Shown piece after piece: positions 26,110 to 39,724 of a stretch of 64,000 nucleotides of DNA (position 1 is its first letter; each line of letters starts with the position of its first letter). Below the pieces are notes generated by a model. The model worked only from the letters and a program-made list of their open reading frames with translations. It made no database searches and was not told the DNA's origin. The DNA comes from Dicyema japonicum (taxonomy: Eukaryota > Animalia > Dicyemida): NCBI GenBank assembly GCA_011109175.1, contig RDEW01000036.1, positions 313,583-377,582 of the forward strand. Reading direction: 5' to 3'. The translations under genes and the position numbers were made by a program.

Positions 26110-26430
26110 ACAAGATTCGACCCATCTACGTGTGTTGATGCATATTCTCCGAAGAATTTGGCTGCTCCTGTCTCTGACCCAGGTTATGCTTCTAAACAAT
26201 CCGAGGATCAGGAGAGAAGGCAATACTGAGAATTTCGGTGGATCACCTGTTTGTCCCGTTTTTGTTGAGATGTCAAGAATCCTTGCTCACAAGCTGACGA
26301 TCTTGTCCTCTAGATCGGCTTAATTATCCAAAGGGTCACCAATGATCCACGTGACTGATTTGTTTGGGGGCCATATCTCGATAGCTATCTTCAGAGGAAA
26401 CAGCATGGCCATTAAATCTTCCTACATTAA
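26110..26430 (+). mobile_element. CRE-like 3' fragment
   Basis: TCVDAY...HISIAIFRGNSMAI. Confidence 0.65.
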
Positions 26431-26599
26431 GTGCTCTTTTAACATTATTCTTCTTTTTATTCAATCATTTCAATCAATAATGTTAATTCCTATGACAAGG
26501 TATCCTTTATCTCCTCTGGCATTGAACACGCAATGTGAGTTACCTTTCATGATCACGAACCCAATGTTCTGAAAGAGTTATCGCTTCATTCTAGCCAAG

Positions 26600-27200
26600 A
26601 CTTTTCGGAAATAACTCTCGCGGTACACTAATTGTAAAATTTAATCAACGGTACAAATAAAAAATTAAATTTTTTCGAATACGTAAAAGTGAGGACAAAA
26701 ATTGGTAATTTAATGTGCAAATTTTTATTAATTTTCCAAAGTAGACAAATCGTATATATACCAACAGATGTGCAAATCTTGAAATTCATCGAGTTGTTTC
26801 TTCAATAGAAAATAAGACATTGTATTCTATATTCTCTTACAAAAAACAAAGTCGACGGGAAACAGAGTTATCTGACAAAAGTATCTTCAACAGGGATTAT
26901 CAGGTTTTCGCCAATGGTATGAGGTTGCAGTTCATTTGCTATCAATTCAGAAATCAGATATAAACAGTTCAATGATCCCGTTGAGCTCACAATAGTATCA
27001 CTAAATAACATTTGACTAGATCTACAATACATAGTAAAAACTAAATAATACTTGTGTTGTTTTTTCAAACGATAAAATAATCTAGAGTTTTTTGGAATAG
27101 TCCGGATCCTTGAAAGTATATTATCTCTTGAAAAATCCATGCAAATTAGTTTCTTTTTATCATTGCATGTAAATCCAAATGACTAAAAGAATCTTTATAT
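26600..27200 (-). mobile_element. hAT (Buster/ZBED5-like) relic
   Basis: YLISELIANELQPHTIGENLIIP motif. Confidence 0.6.
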
Positions 27201-27249
27201 AATTGACGAACTGATTTACCAATTTTAAAACAAAAAAATGTAAATAAAT

Positions 27250-27680
27250 TTATTCAAATATTTATTTGGCTTGCGGCCACTAGAAATTGTCTCGAGGCAC
27301 ACTGTTGACAATTTCTGTTCTAGGCTCACCTTCCGGTGTCCTGCAAGCCTCCTGATTGACCTGATAAACTGAGCAGTCATTGGGTCTAAAATACGAGCCG
27401 TCTCAAACAAGATCGACTTGAATGCGACCGACTTCAAATGTCATAGTACTTCCTTTATTCAAAACTTAATTGGTGCTCTCTGCGAAACTTGCGCAATGAT
27501 GACTTAAGCAGATTCACGTAGAGAAAGTGTGTGTGCACGTTGAATCCCAAACAAGACACCTCCATTGGCTCTACGACATGGTCTTTACGCCAACGGCCTC
27601 ATGTCATCGCCTCTGTCAAGACCGATGAGTAAACCTCACGACACTCGAGTTTATCATGGCGTGACAAAGAAATCTCCCGG
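27250..27680 (-). mobile_element. CRE-like 3' fragment
   Basis: GLDRGDDMRP; FETARILDP; A-rich tail. Confidence 0.6.
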
Positions 27681-28389
27681 ACAAGGGAATTTGCAATTTT
27701 TATTATTGCAAATTTCTGCTTATTTTATGAACACGATTTGACTAATATGTTTAAAAAATGAATCATTATTTTTTTATAATTTTAATTGAAGTTTAATTTT
27801 TTCTAAAATTTGTTCTTTTATAGCTATTAATATTTGTAATTAGGTCTCGTTGGGTCAATCCATCATTTGTACAAAGATTGAAAAGATAATAGATATCAGA
27901 AAAAAGTCTTTAAGAATGAATTCACTCATTAATTCTTCAACAGTAATGTGGATCAATCTTTTTTATAAAAAAATTAAAAATTTAATTAAAATTAATATTA
28001 AAAATCAGTACAGTCTGACAAAGATTAGGTGCTCTTAGGTATGACCTTCAGTGAAGTTGCTAACTTACTGATCCCAGTTCTTGCATTCACAGTGAAACGC
28101 ATCCTGTCATCGGCTATTGTGGGAACCCATCCAGTAGAGTGGAAGGCGGAGCTTTTTTATAGTTGAAAAATGAAACAGTCTCTCTCCAGTAGTAAAGAAC
28201 TTTTTTGATTCGAATAATGATTGGATTGTGATCGGAAAATAAATCATAATGCACCGCCCAAGATGTGTCCGGTACAAGGTTTGGGGAACAGAAGGTAATG
28301 TCTGGGGGCGTTGATGGTTTGTATTCCTTGTAAGAAGTCCTAGTGTGCTACCTGGGGTTGTTGAGGATTGTCAGAGAGGTGTTCATTGA

Positions 28390-28745
28390 ATATTTATTTA
28401 TTTTATTTATTTAACACCCAAGACCACGGTAAAACCAAAACTAAATATCACGTGATCCCGATGCGCTCCGCCAAAATCCTCATTCTTTCCCGGTGCTCCT
28501 CCCTCGTACCCTCGTAATGGGCGGCTGACTGTATTTGCAGAGCCACCTTCCTGCATGCCGGAGTTTTGTTTAATGAGGGCCTCCAGAGTAGTCGGTCCGG
28601 TTCTGTGTCTCCCACAAGACTACCGCTCCGTCATTCTGAAAGCCTTTTTTTGAACGTCCTAGATTTTCTTACTGCTCGTCCATTATAATGAAGGTACCAA
28701 CGAAGCACACGCGTACGAGAAGCATGGTTCGATGGATTGTTTTTA
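28390..28745 (-). mobile_element. I/Jockey-group LINE 3' end
   Basis: KQSIEPCFSYACAS...VQKKAFRM; ends RILAERIGIT* plus (TAAA)n. Its terminal ~70 bp recur at 46325-46395. Confidence 0.7.
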
Positions 28746-29089
28746 AATGTTTAATATTAAAATATATCTATAAAATTAATTAATTAATCAACAAAATTAA
28801 TTAATTAATTTATCGTGAACAAATGCGTCTGGTGTGATTAACTAAGAAAAATTAAAGAAATTAAAGGAAATCAGTAATATATGGTTTTCCTATCAATAAC
28901 GAAACTCCGTCAATCGCTAACGAAAATAGTCAGTCAATAACGACAATAGTCAATCAACAACGACACTTGGGCAATCAATGGAGGAGACATTAGTCCACTT
29001 GACAGATTTCATCTAAAAACTCTCTAAAAATATTATTTTCCACGAGAAGGCCTATATTTAAAAAAATATAAAAATCTACAATTTTTTTG

Positions 29090-29720
29090 TAAAGAACATG
29101 AATTAGTGCTAAAAACAAATGAGGTATACCTTAAATTCACAATTTAGTAGTCAGAACGTAATTATAATCACTTCGATAGAGACCGACTATTTCCAAAAAT
29201 TAGGCGGAGTATTACGGGATTTGTATGGATCTGATTTGGATAATTATCTCAAATTGTTTATTTTGTCAGGTATTTTTTAATTTAATTTCCATAGGCAAAG
29301 AAATTACTGAACACGAAACCGCCTATAACACCGATCTGGCTAGAAGGCCAAGGTATCGCTATATTGTAGACTTAAAGAACTATGGAGATAGTCAGACATA
29401 AATGATTGATATTCAAGTTATGATTTCTGATATTAAAGTTTAGATTTTGCTTGTTGTGGATTCTCTCAAAATATGTTATGGTTTAGCTGGCTAAAAATAA
29501 TCGACCAGAAGATATTATGTCGTTTTATCAAAATATGTCTTTTTATGGCAGTTCGCCACTGATCTTACATATAGACAATGGTAAGGAATTTTGCAATCCC
29601 TTAATGGGGGATTTATGCAGAAAATACATCATAGAACATGTCCGAAGTGGGTTACGAACCTCTGGATTTAAGGACAAGTCGAAAGGTAAAATATAAGTTA
29701 TAATTTTGTAGATTTAACCA
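29090..29720 (+). mobile_element. Ginger/SCAND3-type integrase relic with microintron
   Basis: ARRPRYRYIVDL, LVVDSLK, PLILHIDNGKEFCN; 25-nt GT-AG segment near 29270-29294. Confidence 0.7.
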
Positions 29721-29752
29721 AAGTAATAGGGAAACTACTATTATTTGGATTA

Positions 29753-30062
29753 GCCACGTGGTGCCAACGTTATTGTGATGCTATGTGACTACTTGAATTG
29801 AAGAGTTTTTGTTTGTTTCCTATGTTCCTCCTCTTCCTTTTTGGCTCCAATGAGGTGAATTATTAGCGTACTTCATGTGGGTTCACCATCTCTGGTGGCG
29901 CCAGATATAATCCAAAAAGGACCATTAGTCAATAACCATCCAGAGGAGTTCTCCCTGGATCACCTCCTTCAAGTCCGAGCATGTGAAACTGCTGAGGGAG
30001 GCCGGGATCACCTGATTTTTTTCATGCTGGCTATAACAGTGGTTTTCTGACTAAGTAAATAA
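29753..30062 (+). repeat. ~300-bp LINE-derived non-autonomous repeat (subfamily A)
   Basis: Colinear with 36127-36400, 51826-52120 and partial 49110-49210; ends HVKLLREAGIT*. Confidence 0.75.
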
Positions 30063-30099
30063 TTTTAAATTCATCTTGCAAATGGACAAAACGATTAAC

Positions 30100-31648
30100 C
30101 CAGGAGACATTACATTGACTCAGTTTTTTAACTAAAAAGCATCGAATTTACTATGCACTGTTGTTAAAATTCGTCTAGTTTTAAATTTGAGTATAAACAA
30201 ATCTGACTTGAGGAATAACAGGGAAAGTATTGGCCACTAATACTAGAATGTTCTAATAATTTACTGTATGTTTGGGATGAGCTACATTGGGACAATTCAA
30301 GTACTTTTCATTCTTAGATGTATTTGTTTTGCAACAAAATAGAAAATTTTGTTGTGATAATCCAACAGGACTGTCCTGTAAACATAAATCGGGTTGTTAT
30401 GCACGACTAGAATGTCTCGACCTGCAGTATAACTTGAATTGTATTTGTTAATAATTATAGATTAAGTTGATTTTGACTAGTAATACATTGTGGCTACTAT
30501 CTCAGTTCTGGATATCTTCCATTTGAAGTAATCATGGAGGTAAGGGACCCTTAATATATCATATTATTGATAGTTTCTCATTGATCTTTAATACTAACCC
30601 TATGAAGTTAGAAATCAAAACAAAAATGCAGTTGGTCGATTGTAGACTCCCGACTATTTGGTCAATAATTTCCTTTCTCTTCTTTTTTTCAATATATATA
30701 AACGTCATTGGATTTTCCTTACGCAAGAGACGCCTAATACCCCGGTCGGCATCTTGAATAGATCCCTTTCTTATTTACATTCCAAACTGAGTCAAGTATA
30801 TCAGGAGTTATTGAGATTGATTCGACCAGATTGAGAGTATTGGGACCACACACTCTCACTGGATTGTAAATTTTAAGATATGGGATATATGTAACTTCAT
30901 AAGCACAGAGCAGGAATGACGATTGTTTGCTGATTATGGTGACTCCCATTCAATTTGTTTTAATTAAGAATTCCATAAAAAGATATTTCTACGTGAATCT
31001 ACAAAATATCAATATTGAAGTGATATTTATGTTACAACAAAAACTGTAGTATCAAATCAAGCTACCAAGAATCAGTGGATTTGGTCATTACAATAGGGCT
31101 GTGAAAAATGTCTCCGTTCAAAAAGCTGAATGACGATTAACTGAGTCATTAAATCGAGAATTGATTATTTGTGATTTACAAGACACGTCTCCTGATAGCC
31201 AGAGCTTATGCCAAGTGTTTAGATGTTAGCTTTCACTTGTTTTGTTCCACAGACAACCAGATCTGATGGTTGGCTCGATGTTCAGGTTGTACATATATCC
31301 TAGAGTTAAAATAATAGACTTTTTTTGATTTTGAGAAGCATCAGTTATACAAAGTTGAGCTTCAGGATTGACGCGATCTCGAATGTGGATTTCTTTTACG
31401 ACAGAGACAAGTTTTGGGGTATAGTCAGTTAGTTTTTTGAATCTAAAAATTGTTGTAGATTATTTCTCTGTATTCACAGTGTTCAGCCATTCACCCGGTT
31501 AAAAATAGGTTCCAATTTTTCTATAGCTGTCACACGTATTTTTCTTTGCTAGCTAGGATGATGTTGTATATGTGAATTAGTGTCAGATTGAACTGTATAT
31601 CATGCAAAGAGAAAAATAAAATGACAAGGAGATCCTTGTAGTACGTCA
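30100..31648 (-). pseudogene. Decayed multidomain surface-protein gene (F-type-lectin-like and EGF-like pieces)
   Basis: Signal-like start at 31648; NGDIFHSPIVMTKSTDSW*LDL, LLCAYEV, CRPGY*GVSC; multiple stops. Confidence 0.4.
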
Positions 31649-32362
31649 TTGGGATGGAATTTTGAAAAAAACGACATTATTTTTTAATCGTCCAAAATAT
31701 ATTTTGAAAGTTCATAAGTTGGTAATTGTCGATAAATCTCTTTTAAGAACGTGTTGGGAGGATTCCAGTGGAAGGTATGCTATGACCGAATCTAGTTTCT
31801 CCAAGACTTTCGAAAATTTGTATATTTAGGAAGTTGGCTTTTACGAGGAAGGAGACTCCTTTGGTTTCAAAATAGAATGAATTTGCGATAATCTCCATAT
31901 TGTTGGAATTCATTCATCGAAAGGTTGTATATCTGAGTAAGAGCTATGCGGACACGGGGACCAAATTTCTTCTAGCATTTTATCTGGTCAGCTGGAGTTC
32001 AAACACTGTAATTAAGAAAGTAACTAGATAGTGACAATATCATGGGTTCAATAGTGGAGACCACTATTTACTGGAGTAACTATATTTGAGATTACTAAGA
32101 GTGCTCTATATTTTGCTGTAATTAAGAAAGTAACTAGATAGTGACAATATCATGGGTTCAATAGTGGAGACCACTATTTACTGGAGTAACTATATTTGAG
32201 ATTACTAAGAGTGCTCTATATTTTGCTTACCAGAGCCTAGGTGAAATTCATCACGTCACTTCAATCTCTTTGCTGGCACTGTTTTTGATCTTATTGTCGG
32301 TTGTGGTGTCCCTAACCTACTGCGTTTGATTTAGTGACCTTAAAGATGACGAGTTGTAAAAA

Positions 32363-32423
32363 GGGTTTCACATGGGTCACCTGCTCGTGGAGAAAGCTGC
32401 CTACAATTGCAGCCAATAGACCC
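32363..32423 (+). ncRNA. Candidate degenerate HDV-like self-cleaving ribozyme
   Basis: P1 GGGTTTC/GAAAGCT (6 of 7 pairs, G-U first), P2 GGGTC/GACCC, P3 CC/GG, L3 TGCTCGT, P1.1 GC/GC, short P4, J4/2 CCAA. Confidence 0.45.
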
Positions 32424-32539
32424 TCTTCTCGCCATGCAAATATGCATTATTCTGCGTGGTTGTGAATATGGACAAGCTTACCCAGTTCCTTCAGGAATAT
32501 CATTAAAAATATATTGTTACATTTTTATAAACTAATTAG

Positions 32540-32680
32540 AGACTCAGATTGGCCTAGTGGTTGAGTATATGTAGCTAACTTGTTGGTGCGGGTTCGATTA
32601 CCAGTGCTGTCTATTCCCGAAGCTCCGACCGGATTTGACAACTTACGATGTCATGGACGTATTATCAACAGGAATTTCCA
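32540..32680 (+). mobile_element. tRNA-derived SINE head
   Basis: A box TGGCCTAGTGG and B box GGTTCGATTA; resembles the head at 38393. Confidence 0.6.
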
Positions 32681-33149
32681 AACATGAAATGATTCCGATG
32701 GAACGTTATAGAGCATCGTACGTATTGAGCGTCACTTAGAGATTCTCGTCTCCAATTGGATTAATTGGCTTTGGATAACTTGTTCTTTCTTGCTCTTAAA
32801 AATAAAGTCAAAATATGTGGCTGTCCCAAGTGAGATGTCGACATGTCGTCTTCATCTCATTAGATGTATGAAGGTTTTTTGATCAATTTATGGTTAAAAT
32901 AAGGGGAACTTAACAAAAACAATTTAACTCTTAATGAATTCCTCTTTTTGCAAAAAAGCGTCTTCAATAGATGTAAAATTCACCCAATCTCAGTCACAAA
33001 GATCCGCTATAAAGAGGCCGAAGATATGAAAGAATTCCCACGATGAATGCATAAGTGATGCAGGTGCTAGCTCATCGATTGTTTGAAAATTAGGTATTGT
33101 ACTAACGCAATGGTAAAACGATTACTCCCCCAGTTATTTGAAACGAAAA

Positions 33150-34690
33150 CGACTTTAAACTACGTTTTCGGGGGCACTTCATTACCTAAAAATGCAACTG
33201 ATCAGCACTATCAATTCCATCTTCCGGACCACTATCGAAAGTCTTAAAAATGTTAAATTTTACGACCAGGAGTGGGATCAAGCAACCTTACCCTTAGCTT
33301 TGGTGGACTGGGAATCCCTTCACCAAAGGATTTAGCGCACTCTGCGTATCTGTACTTTTTGACCACGTGCTATTTAGTTTTTTGTGGGACAATTTTATTA
33401 CGATTTAAAGTGCTTAGGAGATTTAAAATAAGTAGTTTATTATTGATTTGTAAGAAGAAAAGTGTTTAAATAAACAGTTTAAAAAAATAAAGTTTTGATT
33501 TTTTACCCACGTGGACTGTCTCCCATTGTCCCCCATTTAAGGGATCTCTGAGTTCTTGTATTAATGCCTAGAAATGACTAAAGTTGAAAGTTTTTGAAAT
33601 TAGCATTGAAGGTCACGCCACTTGACAGGAGTGATATTAATCGAAATTTCACGAAATTCAAAGTCTTCATTTGTGATCCCTGGGGGGACCTAAGGTCAAG
33701 AAAAGTATGTCAGTCTTAAAGGGGCAACATATATGCAAGTGCGTACCCGAAAAAAGTTGGGGCAAGTGGGGTCAAATCCCGGAGAATCTGTATCTATTCG
33801 AGGACCAGAAAAAGTGCTTGTTTTAAACCCAAGTTAAACACTTTTAATAATTTGGTTTCAGAAATTAAAAAGCTATTTTTTAAATTGATTTAATAAGCTT
33901 ATTTGTTAATTTTGTTTAAATATTTCAATAGCAAATGAGTCCCGATTTATTTGGAGTACCCACATGTCTTGACCACCTAGGCCTGACCACGTGGTTAATT
34001 TTTTGAGTGTCTAAATTTTTAAGTTTCAGGTGTTGATTAAGATGATTCTCTAACTCTCCACAGATCAAAGATATGGAGCATCTAAGAGTCAAAATGCCTG
34101 AATAGAAAGACCGTTACTGGTCCATCTGCGAAGAGAAAGGCTTCTGACCAATCAAACCAACATTGACGTGCCTGTATTGTTACCGGAAGATGCGAATGGA
34201 GTGGCACTTGCATCGATACCAATCCGGTCGGTAGCGTCCGGACCCACCTTGATGACGATACTGTCCGCACTAGTATCTCCATTCGACATGGACTGAAAAT
34301 TTGTCAGACTCACAAGTGCAGGTGGGTGCTAACGTCTACTGTTATGGACATCATGCCATTTCTTGTCGAAGAAATGCCGAACGATTGGTATGGAATGCTA
34401 CGTGCGTCGATCCCCTTTGTCTATCAACATTGTCGGGAGCGCGGTAGACACACTGTATGCTTCGGAAACCGCAATGAAAGCAAAGGAGAAAAAATACGAA
34501 GCGCTACACGATCGATTCACGTTCTGCCCCCTTGTAGTTATGACAGCATGGGGAATAACGGGAAATCGCTTCGTTTCCTGATGAGACTGGGACGCCTAGC
34601 TACAATGAAAAGCCACGACTCACGTGAGACTCAGTGGTTTCCCCAGTTGATCTTGTTGCAATCGTGAGAAGCAACGCAACGTCGATTACT
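33150..34690 (+). mobile_element. CRE-like fragments (RT thumb ~33150-33350; C-terminal region ~34050-34690)
   Basis: FGGLGIPSPKDLAHSAYL; LDDDTVRTSISIRHGLKICQTHKCR; VWNATCV; KEKKYEAL. Confidence 0.7.
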
Positions 34691-36126
34691 TGTCATACGG
34701 ACACTCGAAGAGAACAAGATACTCCCTCAGATTAGCGTTTAGAACTGCTTCTTCCGTGGGGCGTAAGAGTGAAATTTTCTTGTTTACAATGTGGAAATCA
34801 TTCGTCTCTAGTTGTGAGATGATTTCAGGTTTTTTTTGCTTGCCCTGTATTACCAGGGCTCCACATCAAAGTAATGGATCTTTCAGGAGCTTCTAGTCTA
34901 CTCCATCAATCCTGTTGAATTCTTTCACAAGATTTACTCAACAAGAAATGCTAGTTACTCAGAGTCCATTGTTCGATCATCTATTTGATGTTTATTTAAC
35001 CATCCACCACCAGTTTATCCAACAAATATAAATATACGAGTTTGTTATTATCTATTCTTTTCTCCACAAGTTGTTCACAATCCATGAAGCTACCAACGGA
35101 GTCACTGGTTATAGTTCCAAGTGTATGACTCTTGAACACTTACATTAGATTTGCGAAAACAACCAACCTTCCAATTAGTCGACTCTAAGAAATCCTTATC
35201 AAATATCTCAAAACCATCCAAGAGAAAACTCCAAGTTTTTTAAAGAGAACAGTTTAACCTCGACTGCCAGTTTGTCGGTTTGAGATTGCTTAGATGGAAA
35301 TAAAAAATGTTTTCCTTTTAACTAAGTAAACCTAAGTAAACATCTTTTCATGTGCTTTATCAGTGCAAAACGTTTTGGAGGCATTAGTATGCAACTGATC
35401 CATTCCAGAGCTCATCCTCATCAAAGAAGAGTTCCATTATCGGACAGCACTCATATTGGCTTTACTAATCTAACATGATACCTTCAAAAACACGACATGG
35501 ATGATGCCTTCTACATTCCCAGGCTACATGACTATCAGGAGATATCGACCATCATTTCAAATAAAAATAATTATTGCTCTTATCTGCTACACCACGATAT
35601 TCAAATAAAAAAAATTTATTTCCTTTGTGAAATACCTTCTCAATAATCCCTCACAAATATGAGAACATTCTTTTCCAATGTGGTTTCAAGAAAAGTTAAT
35701 TCACTGCCAGATACCATTGAACATTGTCAATTTTATATAAGCGGTCACCGATCAAAAGATAATTTTTGACAAGAAAAATTTACAACTTTGAAATCCCATA
35801 TTTAAACGATGTCTTGCAAATTTATTAATAGTTGTCACAAACTATTTAAATCTATTATGAACCACTCTATTACCGTTAATCTCTGTTTTTACATGTTCTA
35901 TTGTTCCGACAACTCACTAATAATACGGAGAATCTACCCCACAAGCATTCCGATCAATCTGATAAAATCTGACGCTAGACACCTCAGTGGAGATCGGTTG
36001 GAAAACAAACTGGTCCAGGATGCCGTGGTACTTCGTTCTTTTCATATATTTGGTGGTGCTCGCTACACCAATAAGTAAATTATATGAAAATATCATATTA
36101 AAAATATTATTCAACAAAACTTCCAT

Positions 36127-36400
36127 GTGCGACAACGTCAATGTGATGCTACGTGACTACTTGAATTGAAGATTTTTTGTTGTTTCTTTTGTCCTCCACT
36201 TCTTCTTTGGCTCCAAGGAGCTTGAAATGTTAAAGTACATCATATAATTTACCATCTTTGATGGCGTCAGATATAATCCAGAAAGGATCATTATTCAACA
36301 CCATCCTAAGGAGCTCCCCCTGAACGGCACTTCCTTCAAGTCTGAGCATGTGAAGACTGCTGAAGAAGGCCGGGATCACTTGAATTTTTTCATTCTGGCA
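36127..36400 (+). repeat. ~300-bp repeat, subfamily A
   Basis: Aligns to 29753-30062. Confidence 0.7.
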
Positions 36401-38392
36401 ATGTGTACTCAATGGCTGCCCCCTTACTTCAGACTGTGATTATGAATACAAATATGGAACAACAGACAAAGGATTGGTGTAAAGAAAACTAAACGTGGAT
36501 CTGAACGTATTGAAAGCAGTACCATTTTATCTTTTCATGGGTGTTAATCAATCGGTCTGCCTGATGAACATCTACATTCTCTGCTCGGATATAATATTGA
36601 CGAAGAACTAAAAGAAGCACGCAAAGTAGCCTATCTCATGCTACAATGCGCAGGCTTAAAAATGCAAGAATGTCGAAGTTCGAAGAAGAAATTATTAACG
36701 TGGGGGACTATATACTCTTTCGGCAAGATGAAGATGCAAATCCAATAAAATAGGCGATATGCACTATATGACCGAACTTTGGAAAATAAATATTTGTATA
36801 CATTTTTGTTTTCGACTCTAACACAGTTAAATTTTGACTAAATTTTTGTTTATTACAAATTAAAAAAATTTATTTGTTTGTAATAATAGTTTGGCAAACC
36901 ATAAAAACAATAGATATACTAATCGATAGTATACGCACACTATGCACACTATTATATTCCACACAGTTTCCTTTTTATTGACTGGAGTTAATAAGTTTTT
37001 GTGTTAGACTTACATCAAAGTCATACTGATAATTCGATGGACTTTTTACTGGGGTGATACAGCTAGATTAAACACGATAAGACTTTCGGGAGTTAAAATG
37101 ATATTTTTGCTATCAAAGTAATGTTGTGGATCATTAGGACTTCTATTAACTACTGGACTCGTTTCAGGCGATCCGGTAGTGACCGGGCCCCCTCCACGAA
37201 TTGTCTCCAAAAATTATCTGCAGATGAACTTGATGCACTTTCTTAGAACTCATCTCAATTTTTTCCCATGATTAACCTCTTCCCCAAATTAGTTCTTATT
37301 TTTTTTACGAAAAATATGAAAAAACACATTCTCTCCTCACTGGCAAGATGACATGGAAATTATAATTTTTTCCTCCAATCAATAGGGTGTTTCTACAACT
37401 TCGGGGACGATCCTCTTTTACGCCTGTTCGGAATGATGTCTGAAGATTGTTTCATTATGGACAAAAAATTACGAAGTCCTCTCTATTGAAGTAACATATA
37501 TCTTCATAAATCTTTAACGAGTCGAATGTAAAATACTGTGTTCGATTTCAAAAAATGGCACCAAGTAGAGGTAATGAAGCAAGAGATATTTGTTTCTTTT
37601 AATTTGTCGATACAAAGTGCAAGGTGACACTATTTGACTATACAATCGTGAATGCACAGTCCGATATTTAAATAGGAAAGTGAAACCTATTTCTTAGATA
37701 GCCTCTTTAATAACTACGTTCAAATTTGAAAACTACAACTTAATATGTGTTTTATACGAATTAATATAACGTGGTATGATATTTACTACAGAAAAAGCAC
37801 TAAACTACTGTTCCTGGATAACTATGAGTCAATGTCACTTTTGTTTATTTCTGTTGAAAGCTTCATCCTACTACGATGCCTCTGCTTTACAAATGATTCC
37901 ATTTTTAGTGATTGCTCACTTCGGAACTCAAGTTTCTATTGGGACTTGCTTGTGATCAAAAAAAATCTTGATGCCTTTATTCTAGCGCTTCCCAATTGTA
38001 GGTGTTCGCTCTCTTTTTGGATGCAAGAAATTTTAAGATGAGAGGAAAAATTTTAAAAATCATTATTCTTGTACATATATGCAAATGATCTTCAATAAAT
38101 TATATAATAAAATTTTGAATACATTTATATTTTTTAATAATTTATTATTCAACGCTAGAGATAAAAAAACTCGTTGTTATCTATGTCAACGTGTCTTAAA
38201 ATTCGAAAATGAAAGAATACAATGTTGAATATGGTTTTACGAAAATAATATTGACGAAATTGATACACCACAGAGCGTATTTTGTGGTGCAAATTTTTTA
38301 TATTTCAATTTTGAAATCATCAAAGCTGAACAGACATTTTACTTTAAAACTTTTACACATTTAATAACTTTCAGGATAATAACTTGAATGTT

Positions 38393-38706
38393 GGCATGTG
38401 GTTAGGTGTTGGGCTTAAGTGGCTTATGCTACGGGTTCGAATCTAGCTGCTGTTCACCTGGTGGAAGGTTCCACGCATCTACGATGCAGAACGAGTTTGA
38501 CGAGTGACGCCGTCATCAGTGAATACTCGCTGCGGAACTGGATTGTCTAGAAAGGACACTCACACAAGAAAAAGAATAAAAGAAGTGAAGATCATTCCTT
38601 GGTATTACGATTAGTTAAAATTAACTGTTCTTTACTTAAATAAAGTGTGTGTCCTGCCTATGCGGAGCTATAAATACTATGGCTCTCGTGAAAAGGCTTT
38701 ATATAT
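38393..38706 (+). mobile_element. Near-complete tRNA-derived SINE with RTE 3' tail and 14-bp TSD
   Basis: B box GGTTCGAATC; 3' end GCTATAAATACTATGGCTCTCGTGAAA shared with the RTE at 41600-41630; ATAACTTGAATGTT at 38379-92 and 38707-20. Confidence 0.85.
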
Positions 38707-39724
38707 ATAACTTGAATGTTTGAAGGCTAATGGTCACGATATCCAAGAAACGCTTCCGATGCTTGGATTTACCTGCATTGACAAAAATTCTTAGGAGATT
38801 TCAAGTTGGGTTTCCGACCCTTACAAAAAACTCAGTAAGTTCTGGTTCAATTTGCAACAACTTGGCTATGTGAATCTGGATTTCATCTCTACTATATATA
38901 AAAAATAAGTACCGAAACGCTTTTAACCTTAAAAACGATATCAGAATATCACTAGCAAACAAAAAACCACGTTTAGAAAAATTAAAACTAAAAGGCAGGA
39001 AAAGTCTCAAGAACCTAACTAACTATTTTTAATAAAATTCGAATTCTATTAGATTTAAAATCGGTTGTGCGAGGTTGGTTTTCTAAATTTTTGGGGGTGC
39101 GAATTCAAAACGAACTGGGAAGCTCTGCTTTATTCGCTTCCATAATTATGTATTATAGCTGTTATTTTCTTATTAAAATAAATCCTGTGTCTCTATTGGA
39201 TGATTATTTTTCAAACATTGCTACGCTTCAAAGAATTGCTTATTTATAATAATTAGTGGAAAAACTGATTTTCTGGTAGAATCTTTTGACATTCTGAAAA
39301 AATCGCTATGTACACTAATCTACGATAATCTTCCGAATTTCTGCATCTGATACAACTTTTATTTTATTAGATGACTTTAATCACATATTTTGAATATACA
39401 GCGATTACTGACAACAGGCAACACAAATAAACTATTTTCGAGATCCCTCATTAGGAACATCTACAAAATTTTACATTCGNAGTGCTTATTTATAATAATT
39501 ATTGGAAAAACTGATTTTCTGGTAGAATCCTTTGACATTCTGAAGAAATGGCTATGTACACTAATCTACGATAATCCTCCGAATTTCTGCATCTAATACA
39601 ACTTTTATTTTTTTAGATGACTTTAATCACATATTTTGAATATACAGCGATTACTGACAACAGGCAACACAAATAAACTATTTTCGAGATCCCTCATTAG
39701 GAACATCTACAAAATTTTACATTC

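Noticed and set aside
32545-32615. Functional tRNA gene
   Set aside because: A and B boxes are present but acceptor and anticodon stems do not pair; it continues into SINE body sequence.
35100-36070. Ulp1 protease or integrase-bearing element on the minus strand (QIDRNACGV; RVIHLEL)
   Set aside because: Only short motifs in broken frames; not enough to assign a family.
38495-38525. Hammerhead ribozyme (CTGATGA on the minus strand; also 18170 and 59920)
   Set aside because: No GAAA core after the potential stem II and no closing stems found.
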